The position numbers and the translations under genes are program-made. Positions 1-6,703 of a stretch of 34,161 bases of DNA are shown piece after piece. The notes below the pieces were generated by a model. That model was not told the DNA's origin and did not search any database. It saw only the letters and a program-made list of their open reading frames with translations. Source of the stretch: a virus (Duplodnaviria > Caudoviricetes); the IMG/VR virus record IMGVR_UViG_3300037586_002003, positions 1 through 34,161 of that record; one strand, 5' to 3'. Numbering within the stretch: the first letter of the stretch is position 1; the number at the start of each line of letters is the position of its first letter.

Positions 1-160
1 CATTATTAAGACTCTCGAAGAGTCCGACGACTCTGTGGTAATGATCTTCTCTTCTTGTCTGAGCCATGAAGCCCGTTATTTCTTCCATATCTCTATAAAT
101 CTTTTGATAATCCAACGATTCATCGCTCTTAATATAACTATTTATATTGAATCCTGCCAC
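1..160 (-). CDS. Hypothetical protein, 5' part only (runs off the window edge); MAGFNINSYIKSDESLDYQKIYRDMEEITGFMAQTRREDHYHRVVGLFESLNN...
   Basis: Manual translation: GTG at 160, GGAGA Shine-Dalgarno (166-170), frame open to position 1; not in the ORF track. Confidence 0.7.
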   Translation of the reverse strand, partial: MAGFNINSYIKSDESLDYQKIYRDMEEITGFMAQTRREDHYHRVVGLFESLNN

Positions 161-170
161 TTATTTCTCC

Positions 171-296
171 TTACCTGCCTTGACCTCTATATCTCTTAAT
201 ATAACGCCTTTTAGAGCCGCTATGGCCATACTTCGTGAGGGTAGAAGAACCCTGTGAGGTCTTCTTTCCCCTCTTCTGGGGTCTGTTAGTTACCAT
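171..296 (-). CDS. Small basic phage protein, 41 aa (MVTNRPQKRGKKTSQGSSTLTKYGHSGSKRRYIKRYRGQGR)
   Basis: Manual translation from ATG 296 to TAA 171. The KKT-x-QG...TKY...K-x-YRGQGR pattern resembles a small basic family I recall from marine phages. Confidence 0.7.
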   Translation of the reverse strand: MVTNRPQKRGKKTSQGSSTLTKYGHSGSKRRYIKRYRGQGR

Positions 297-443
297 GTTA
301 CCAAAGACTTATCATAAAAGCGTCATACTTTCTTTTTAATCAAAATTAAATAAGAAATACTATATAATACAATAGTAAAGTATCACTTTAACGCTCCTTA
401 GATAAGTGCTGTAATAGCAAGGGACTAGGGGATTATCCAAAAA

Positions 444-473
444 ATAATAAAAAAATATTTTAAAATAAAGCAA
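444..473 (-). promoter_or_regulatory. Candidate sigma70-type leftward (late-arm) promoter, TTGCTT-18-TATTAT
   Basis: -35 at 473-468 and -10 at 449-444, in an AT-rich divergent intergenic region upstream of the - strand ORFs. Confidence 0.45.
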
Positions 474-479
474 GGAATC

Positions 480-594
480 CTAGAAACTTACTCTAGAATG
501 GGAGTACGGGATATACAGGTTGCTACTCCCCCTCGGATTTCACCGGCATGGGGTGCCTTGCCCGTTGAAATCTATCGAGGTCGAGCTTAACGCA
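480..594. promoter_or_regulatory. GC-rich hairpin cluster upstream of the first early gene
   Basis: Inverted repeats CTAGA/TCTAG (480-496), GGGAGTA/TACTCCC (500-530), CCTCG-GATTTCA...TGAAATC-tat-CGAGG (531-580). Confidence 0.45.
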
Positions 595-694
595 ATGTAT
601 TGCCCCCTGCCAACATCTCGGGATGTTTAGATGTGTCTTATGTGGATACTATGGCATCCATCTTCTTATAACCCATAACCACGGAGTACGTGAT

Positions 695-1057
695 ATGGCT
701 GATAAAAAGACTGACAACTTCGTCTCTGACGCAGTTTTCAGCAACACATCAGCAGGTCGTACCTTCAGGGGAGAGTTCGAACCAGAACGAGATAGAGATG
801 GTAGAATCATCTACACCTCTAATCTCAAGGTTCGTACACTCCAAGTAACCAAGCAGTTTAGACTGGTCATACCAGCCAAAACTGTTGCAAAGATAGCCAA
901 AGCTTCAGAGAAGCTTAAGCAACCATTGCAAGTTACTGAAGGTGTCGACTACCGATTGGTAGGAGAGCCCACAGAGTTCAAGGGAACTGATGAGCTTCCT
1001 CCATCGGCAGTAGCCTACTACAAGCCTGTTGTCCTCAGGGACAGCATTAGCTGGTAG
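695..1057 (+). CDS. First early gene, hypothetical 120-aa protein
   Basis: Track ORF 623..1057; more likely start is ATG 695 after GGAG; followed by a terminator-like hairpin. Confidence 0.75.
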   Translation: MADKKTDNFVSDAVFSNTSAGRTFRGEFEPERDRDGRIIYTSNLKVRTLQVTKQFRLVIPAKTVAKIAKASEKLKQPLQVTEGVDYRLVGEPTEFKGTDELPPSAVAYYKPVVLRDSISW

Positions 1058-1071
1058 TAGTCCACCTGCAC

Positions 1072-1122
1072 GGATAGTACATACTGTTGAGCAAGCAACA
1101 GTTGGTATGTACTATCCTTTTT
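1072..1122 (+). terminator. Rho-independent terminator-like hairpin
   Basis: Perfect 13-bp stem GGATAGTACATAC (1072-1084)/GTATGTACTATCC (1105-1117) followed by TTTTT. Confidence 0.65.
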
Positions 1123-1124
1123 AG

Positions 1125-1367
1125 TGTGTTACTATTACGATGAGCAGGACGCTATAATAGTAACACAGGGTTGGTACAGGTATGTATCAACTAAAGACTT
1201 ATCCCAAAAGGTACATTTGTACACAACTTAAATGTATCGTATGCTAAGAAAGCAGGGACAATTGTGGATTGTGTTAACGCTTAGAAGCTGGAGATTCTAA
1301 GTATCAAGTAACAGAGCGTCCATGGAGGAGAGATGGATACTATGGGTTATACCATAGTATTATAACC
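1125..1367 (+). ncRNA. String of tandem hairpins, candidate ncRNA or regulatory array
   Basis: Stems 1125-1137/1155-1167 (13 bp), 1170-1178/1183-1191, 1212-1218/1230-1236, 1280-1286/1295-1301, 1319-1323/1333-1337, 1338-1345/1352-1359; no credible ORF. Confidence 0.45.
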
Positions 1368-1481
1368 TATCTCTCAAATCTTTAACAATCAAATGTGGGA
1401 TAACAAGGCAAGTTCATAGGGAAAATAGTCGTAGATGATACAGCCCTTATTTGAACTCTTGATGAAACACATTACTCGGAT

Positions 1482-1654
1482 TATGAGAGAATATAAGGGT
1501 ACCATACCCCTCGAAGTTGAGCTTAATGAAGCAGTGGTCATGTGAAGCCCAATAGGGATGTAAAGCATGCAATATTGGGAAGTGTCCTGCACTCTGTAAG
1601 GAGGACATCCGTAACAGATGATGTGAAGGAGCCCAGCGACTATATTCTCTCATA
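1482..1654 (+). ncRNA. Candidate multibranched structured RNA, about 173 nt
   Basis: Perfect 14-bp closing stem TATGAGAGAATATA/TATATTCTCTCATA enclosing GGGTA/TACCC, GCTT/AAGC, CCCAATA/TATTGGG, TGTCCT/AGGACA and CATC/GATG helices. Confidence 0.55.
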
Positions 1655-1679
1655 TTTCCTTAATAAAGAGGTAATAATA

Positions 1680-1844
1680 ATGAATGATGAATATCCATAT
1701 AATATTGAATTTGGTAATGGAAGAACCAAAGAAGAGATGGATAAGATGCAATTAGCCCAAATAAAGGCTAAGCTTGAAGCTAAAATAGCTGAAGCAGATG
1801 AATATGGGAAATTAATAGAGAAGAGAATGAAGGGATTAATATAG
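1680..1844 (+). CDS. Small hypothetical coiled-coil protein, 54 aa
   Basis: Track ORF 1542..1844; likely true start is ATG 1680 after GAGG. Confidence 0.65.
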   Translation: MNDEYPYNIEFGNGRTKEEMDKMQLAQIKAKLEAKIAEADEYGKLIEKRMKGLI

Positions 1845-1845
1845 T

Positions 1846-1968
1846 ATGTATCTTGAGTATTTATTAAACATCGGGCTTATAGTGTGCCTGATTAATATCT
1901 TGGTATTAATAAAACACTACCGGGCATGCGGTGCAAGGAGCTTAGGTTCTGGTAAGAATCATGACTAA
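1846..1968 (+). CDS. Small putative membrane peptide, 40 aa (MYLEYLLNIGLIVCLINILVLIKHYRACGARSLGSGKNHD)
   Basis: Manual translation; starts 1 nt after the upstream stop; hydrophobic N-terminal helix. Confidence 0.45.
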   Translation: MYLEYLLNIGLIVCLINILVLIKHYRACGARSLGSGKNHD

Positions 1969-2026
1969 AGATAGTATAAAGCAGAGTGTCCACACACTTT
2001 ATAAAAACGTGGTTCTATCAAATTAT

Positions 2027-2147
2027 GAGGAGTAGGTAAGACAAATGCTACTTAAGCTATAGATGCGTGGTAATGTAGTGGAATTAGTGATAATACACTA
2101 TGTCAACAAATCTATAGCCTCTAACAGGGCGATGTTATTTACTCCTC
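2027..2147 (+). ncRNA. Candidate rod-shaped RNA with a central bubble
   Basis: GAGGAGTAGGTAA/TTATTTACTCCTC outer stem, about 16-nt unpaired strands on both sides, GCTATAGAT/ATCTATAGC inner stem, TAGTG/CACTA apical stem. Confidence 0.45.
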
Positions 2148-2181
2148 TTAGTTATTATAATTTTATTTACTTTTATAAATG

Positions 2182-2326
2182 CGGTATAATCTCAGATTAT
2201 TATCCAACAAGATAATCAAGGAACGGTTAGCGAGGGAAGGGGAGAACTTCCTGATAAGCTTGCACCTACTGAGATACCGAAATTTGCTAAAGTTATCATC
2301 GCAACGAAGTGTAAGATAAGCTTGCA
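2182..2326 (+). ncRNA. Candidate structured RNA with a 12-nt direct repeat
   Basis: CGGTA..TCTCAG/CTGAGA-TACCG closing stem, GATTAT/ATAATC and GGAAG/CTTCC hairpins; GATAAGCTTGCA at 2253-2264 and 2315-2326. Confidence 0.4.
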
Positions 2327-2398
2327 TGTAGATGTATTCTTTATTATATTTTTAATGAACATTTGACAATTAATATTATATTTGGACGTATGCTAATA

Positions 2399-2628
2399 AT
2401 GCCCTTGGAATGGGGGCATAAGCAACATTAATACTGTAAAAAATCATTGACGGGCGAGTGCCTGAGATGAAGCCTGTGTGCCAAGCTGAGCATAGGACAG
2501 AACACCCGCAGGGGTTTATTAATGGTATGAGAAGTGAAACAATGGATCAGATACTGTTTCAGAACCTCACTCATTGCAGGTGGCCCGAGTACAGGCCAAC
2601 ATCTGAACCCTGTCGTCCAATAATTTTT
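2399..2628 (+). ncRNA. Candidate large multibranched RNA or structured leader
   Basis: Helices ATGCCC/GGGCAT, ATTG-ACG/CGT-C-CAAT, CCTGTG/CATAGG, CAGGG/CCCTG, TGAAACA/TGTTTCA, TGGCC/GGCCA; locally GC-richer than the flanks. Confidence 0.45.
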
Positions 2629-2643
2629 CAAAAAGGATGAGTA

Positions 2644-2829
2644 ATGACTACAAAGAAAAATCATAACAAAGACAATCGATATAGATTGCAAGAAATCTCT
2701 ATTAAAGAGATAATCAATAAGTACCCAGATAAGTATGTAGGTACTTATCAAAGAGGTAAACATACTGTATTAACATTGGATACTTGTAAAATAGTATTCA
2801 GAAATGATCAAAAGGAGGGCAAATTATGA
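2644..2829 (+). CDS. Hypothetical protein, 61 aa
   Basis: AGGA Shine-Dalgarno; ATGA overlap with the next gene. Confidence 0.65.
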   Translation: MTTKKNHNKDNRYRLQEISIKEIINKYPDKYVGTYQRGKHTVLTLDTCKIVFRNDQKEGKL

Positions 2830-3215
2830 GTAGCCCAGTATTTTACTCATTCGTATTACTCGTATCATTAATGGGCATATTTGTCGTAATGACAGCCCAT
2901 AAAATACATGAGATATGCGACAAAATGAATAAGTTAGATTATAGAATGAATTGTCTTGATGAAGCTCATCGTATAGATGAAGACAATACAATAAATTTTA
3001 TGATAAAGACTGATATGAGAATTGATGCTCTTGAGGCAAAGAATAAAATCTTACTTAAGTTTTTAAATACTTCTTGGACAGAGGTATTAAAGAAAACAGC
3101 CCCAAAAATATCAATTCAAGATGCTATTGATGCTCATTTTACTGAAAATGAGGCAGAATCACCTAATGATACTAAAAATCGTGAATATTGGTTCAAAAAA
3201 GGATTTACGGACTGA
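2826..3215 (+). CDS. Hypothetical protein with N-terminal transmembrane helix and coiled coil
   Basis: AGGAGG Shine-Dalgarno; hydrophobic residues 5-23. Confidence 0.75.
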   Translation: MSSPVFYSFVLLVSLMGIFVVMTAHKIHEICDKMNKLDYRMNCLDEAHRIDEDNTINFMIKTDMRIDALEAKNKILLKFLNTSWTEVLKKTAPKISIQDAIDAHFTENEAESPNDTKNREYWFKKGFTD

Positions 3216-3457
3216 TGGATATTACAGATGGTAGTATTGAGTCAATTGAAAACTCTATTGAATGCTGGATAGAAACGCAGATAAAGCAAGCAAAAGAAGA
3301 CGCAGCAATACAACTTATTCAAACTGAAATGAATGCGAAGAAAGAATTACTTAAAAAGATAACAAATGTTAACCCCCCAAGCCCAAAGCGAAGGGGAAAG
3401 AGTATGTCGTTGGTTAAAAAGACAACAGGTCAACAGGCTGACTCTTTAAAAAAGTGA
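3215..3457 (+). CDS. Hypothetical protein, about 80 aa, acidic N-terminus and basic C-terminus
   Basis: Track ORF 3188..3457; likely start is ATG 3215 overlapping the upstream TGA. Confidence 0.65.
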   Translation: MDITDGSIESIENSIECWIETQIKQAKEDAAIQLIQTEMNAKKELLKKITNVNPPSPKRRGKSMSLVKKTTGQQADSLKK

Positions 3458-3497
3458 TACTTGGTATGGCAACCACTTCGCAGAATTTCATCGAAAA

Positions 3498-3553
3498 GAG
3501 CCGTGTTAAAGGGAAGCGAAAGCTACACAGAGTTTTAGAAACTTGCACGGCTC
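3498..3553 (+). promoter_or_regulatory. Compact three-way-junction RNA element
   Basis: GAGCCGTG/CACGGCTC closing stem; AGC-GAAA-GCT GNRA hairpin; AGTTT/AAACT hairpin. Confidence 0.45.
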
Positions 3554-3574
3554 ATTAATTAAAAAGGAAAACAA

Positions 3575-3805
3575 ATGACAATTAAAAAAATTAGTAAAAA
3601 TGTTATATCTATTAAAGACTCTAATAATAAAGAGATAATATATGTTACACAGTCTTATTGTTCTCATAAAAACAGAAAAGAACGTAATCGTATTAATCAA
3701 TGGTTTAAAAAATTTTATGGAAAAGACAAAGAAATTCTAAGATTAAATAAGATTATAGAAAAACAACACGAAGATATAATTAAATTAAAGAAAGGAAGAA
3801 GATGA
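3575..3805 (+). CDS. Hypothetical basic protein, 76 aa
   Basis: AAGGA Shine-Dalgarno; ATGA overlap with the next ORF. Confidence 0.65.
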   Translation: MTIKKISKNVISIKDSNNKEIIYVTQSYCSHKNRKERNRINQWFKKFYGKDKEILRLNKIIEKQHEDIIKLKKGRR

Positions 3806-3996
3806 ATCAACCAGAAGGAATCGCACAAAGAAGACTCTTGAGAATTATAAATTTTTATAAAAGTCTCATCGATGATGGTAAATTAAAAGAAGGTGGAGCA
3901 GGACATACCAGATATAACGAGTTGAGAGATAGATACAATAGTATCAGGTGGCAAAAAGCCATGAGAAATGGGCAGGGCAACAGCCCTATTGTATGA
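3802..3996 (+). CDS. Hypothetical protein, 64 aa
   Basis: Translationally coupled on both sides by ATGA overlaps. Confidence 0.65.
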   Translation: MNQPEGIAQRRLLRIINFYKSLIDDGKLKEGGAGHTRYNELRDRYNSIRWQKAMRNGQGNSPIV

Positions 3997-4268
3997 GTAT
4001 GTCAATACAGATGGATGAAGATGACCCAAAAGTAGATGCATTCTATGAAACGAATCATCTAAAGAAAACAAGCTTTGAAGGAAGGGTAAGTAAAGGAGAT
4101 GGCGATGGCTATGTATTTGCTTACTTTATTCCAGATAAGTCCGTCAAAAGAGATCAGGAACTGATAGTATGGGATATTAAAGCACCTTTTGACGAGCCTT
4201 TTAAACAAAGAGCTTTAGCTAAGATAAGACAATTAGTTAAAGTAATACTTGAAAAGGAGAAAAAATGA
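3993..4268 (+). CDS. Hypothetical protein, about 91 aa
   Basis: Track ORF 3948..4268; likely start is ATG 3993 overlapping the upstream stop. Confidence 0.65.
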   Translation: MSMSIQMDEDDPKVDAFYETNHLKKTSFEGRVSKGDGDGYVFAYFIPDKSVKRDQELIVWDIKAPFDEPFKQRALAKIRQLVKVILEKEKK

Positions 4269-4468
4269 CTATATTTGAAGTAGTTATATTACTCGGTGGA
4301 TTCGCAACAGGCGTAATTCTTATGTCCTTGTATTATATTTTACCCCTAAGGAGACTCAGATATCAAATGAAGAGACTTAGAGGACAAGTATATTACTGGT
4401 CAAAGCAAATTCCTGTTAAACGGAAACCCGGTAGACCTAAAAAAAAACATAGTTGCATACGTATGTAA
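4265..4468 (+). CDS. Small membrane-anchored protein with C-terminal AT-hook-like motif
   Basis: AGGAG Shine-Dalgarno; hydrophobic residues 3-28; KRKPGRPKKK near the C-terminus. Confidence 0.7.
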   Translation: MTIFEVVILLGGFATGVILMSLYYILPLRRLRYQMKRLRGQVYYWSKQIPVKRKPGRPKKKHSCIRM

Positions 4469-4578
4469 TAATGATCCGAGTGGTGTGCAGAGTTTCAAAT
4501 AAAATAAGAAACGTGTACAATGTTAAAGAGTGACACTTTTAATTGATCAACCTAAACCTTAATTAAGGAGGTGCTACC

Positions 4579-4788
4579 ATGGCTAACGTCACAGTAGTTT
4601 CATATCACAACGGTGGTATGCCCAGAGAAATGGAAGGAAATACTCCAGCTGAATTAGCTAGGATTATGGATATTTCATTAACTGGGGTAAAAGTGTATGT
4701 CGATGATGATGAGGTTAAAACCTCAAAACACCTAGCTGACGATGATATTGTATCATTTCAGCGAAGTAAAGTATCCTCTGGATGCTAA
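4579..4788 (+). CDS. Ubiquitin-like (beta-grasp, ThiS/MoaD-like) protein, precursor ending -SSG-C
   Basis: 69 aa; pattern NVTVVS / PREME / TPAELARIM helix / VKVYVD / L-x-DDD-x-VSF matches the ThiS/MoaD L-x-DGD-x-V signature; AAGGAGGT Shine-Dalgarno; adjacent to E2, JAB and E1 genes. Confidence 0.8.
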   Translation: MANVTVVSYHNGGMPREMEGNTPAELARIMDISLTGVKVYVDDDEVKTSKHLADDDIVSFQRSKVSSGC

Positions 4789-4800
4789 TCGTCTGAGACA

Positions 4801-4847
4801 GCAGTAAGCTGGTGGAGTACTATTTATAGTATAAAGCCAGCTTCTGC
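4801..4847 (+). promoter_or_regulatory. Long intergenic hairpin between Ubl and E2 (processing or attenuation site candidate)
   Basis: GCAG-t-AAGCTGG/CCAGCTT-CTGC plus TACTA/TAGTA apical stem; no strong U-tract. Confidence 0.5.
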
Positions 4848-4894
4848 CACTTTAAGTGAATTTAATAACTTAAATAATAATAGGAGATAGAGTA

Positions 4895-6703
4895 ATGACA
4901 AAAGTATACAATGCATTACCAAAAGCCTTATCACCTGTTGTAGACATAAATGATATGCCAATTGAGCATACTTCTGTGGGATACAAAGAAAGAATTCTTA
5001 AATTAATTAATAAAATGTTTAAAATAGATGAACAGACTGAAATCTATGAAAATTTAGACAAATATTATGATATGATTTGGAACAAGATTAAAGACCCTAA
5101 TAAAAAATATGGCGTTGTTGCCATAGATGGGTACAAAAATGATCCAGAGGGAAATGATGATAGAGCTTTAGTATTTTATATGGGAATACCCAAACTAAGA
5201 GGTCGTAGAATAACATACCTTGAAAAGGTATACATGAAGTTGACATATTCTTATGGTCAACATCCTATGATATCTTATTTCAATTCAGTTATAGAAAAAG
5301 GTGATAAGCCTTCTTTCAATTTTCGCCAAGCAGTAGAATGTTGGCATCCACATATCTCGGGACATAATCCTTGTACAGGTGCATTTGGCCCTGATTATGT
5401 GAAATTGTGGCGACTGGGCAACTTCTTAATGTTTCTTATGACTTGTAACCAATTCTTAAATACTTGGAATGGTAGATCAGCATACTGGAATATTAATAGG
5501 CGTCAAATAAAGACAGAACTTGGCAATGAAGAGATTACTATTGGTAGAATCAAAAATCTGAAAAATAGAGTCTTACGAAGAGATATACCAGAAGAAGTCT
5601 GTATAGAATTTATTAGAAGTTGGCTTCCTTTAATAAAATATGAAAATATTGAAGATGCTATAAATTTCTTAGTACAAATAAAGTCTGAGATGATATTAGC
5701 TGAAGAGTTGATATTTAATAGAGACAACATAAGAAATAATGGACTCTCTATATCTAATGAAATAGCTGAAGCATGTCTTGAAGCTGGTGCTAATATAAAT
5801 AGTGATCATCATAAATCATGGACTATTAGTGGAAATCATAGATTCAGAAATAATATGAACCATATTATTCTTGAAATTAATAATGATGGAGAGTTTGAAC
5901 AGAATAATTACTCATTTAGTTTTCAAAGAGTTCTGACTCATTTTGATGATACTGGACAAAGTTGGACTAATTATACAAAGATGAAAGGAATCTTAGCATG
6001 TATGTCAGAAACTATAAATGCTGCTTGGTTTTCTACATCTGATATTAGTTCTTATAGAACTTTGATAAGAGAGGATGATATAGTTCCTTGGTTTATTAAA
6101 CTTTGGGGTAAGTATTATCATTTTCATGATGTAGCATTACAAAATTTCTGTGATAACTATACTGAATCAAATATTAAAAGATTAGTTCACAGAGCTCAAC
6201 CTTATAGTGGTACTATTACTGCTAAAAGTTTAAAAGAACCAATTGAAAGAAAACTACATAACAGAAGATTAAGAGTAAGACGATGTTTAAGAACAAGATA
6301 CCAAAGAATATTAAATAAAATAGATTTTAATAATGCTATGAATGATCTTGTGCAAGAACATTTTCATTATGAACTAATGGATGAAGAAGTTTATCTAAGT
6401 ACTGTAGATAATGTTACAGATAGAATACCAGTAATAGATAAGGGTCTCTTTTGGAGAGATATTGGTGCAACATATGATAGTAAACGTATAAATAATATTA
6501 TCAATCTATTTGTAGACCAACGTGTTCCTAAAGATATGAAAGAACTAGTGGTAGCATATCATAAGTTAAAAGAAAAATTGCTACATATTGAACGTGAATG
6601 CTTAGCATTCCATTACAGAATGAACCTAAGGAGGTTAGAGAAAAATGTGCAAACTAATAATACCGAAGAAAATACACAACAAATACCTCTATTTTTTGAC
6701 TAA
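4895..6703 (+). CDS. Prokaryotic E2 (UBC-fold) domain protein with about 400-aa unknown C-terminal extension
   Basis: W-H151-P-H-I-x5-C160-TG motif equivalent to the E2 HPN(I)..C active site, followed by a helical segment and N-x2-S-x-Y; lies between the Ubl and JAB genes. Confidence 0.7.
   Translation: MTKVYNALPKALSPVVDINDMPIEHTSVGYKERILKLINKMFKIDEQTEIYENLDKYYDMIWNKIKDPNKKYGVVAIDGYKNDPEGNDDRALVFYMGIPKLRGRRITYLEKVYMKLTYSYGQHPMISYFNSVIEKGDKPSFNFRQAVECWHPHISGHNPCTGAFGPDYVKLWRLGNFLMFLMTCNQFLNTWNGRSAYWNINRRQIKTELGNEEITIGRIKNLKNRVLRRDIPEEVCIEFIRSWLPLIKYENIEDAINFLVQIKSEMILAEELIFNRDNIRNNGLSISNEIAEACLEAGANINSDHHKSWTISGNHRFRNNMNHIILEINNDGEFEQNNYSFSFQRVLTHFDDTGQSWTNYTKMKGILACMSETINAAWFSTSDISSYRTLIREDDIVPWFIKLWGKYYHFHDVALQNFCDNYTESNIKRLVHRAQPYSGTITAKSLKEPIERKLHNRRLRVRRCLRTRYQRILNKIDFNNAMNDLVQEHFHYELMDEEVYLSTVDNVTDRIPVIDKGLFWRDIGATYDSKRINNIINLFVDQRVPKDMKELVVAYHKLKEKLLHIERECLAFHYRMNLRRLEKNVQTNNTEENTQQIPLFFD

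Noticed and set aside
1521-1550. Twister ribozyme (TTAATGAAGC...GGTC...AAGCCC resembles the core)
   Set aside because: No suitably placed complementary P2 strand (TTCA) or P1 partner; the CCC pairs better with downstream TATTGGG.
2363-2394. Sigma70 promoter at the perfect TTGACA (2363-2368)
   Set aside because: The best -10 candidate (TATGCT) is 20 nt away; spacing is not convincing.
1072-2628. CRISPR mini-array or tRNA genes
   Set aside because: Hairpin stems differ in sequence, with no regularly spaced identical repeats; no cloverleaf with a T-loop consensus found.
1389-2763. Track ORFs 1389..1592(-), 1447..1653(-), 2428..2763(-) and 2458..2640(+)
   Set aside because: No RBS, mostly opposite to the local coding strand, and overlapping structured elements or better genes.
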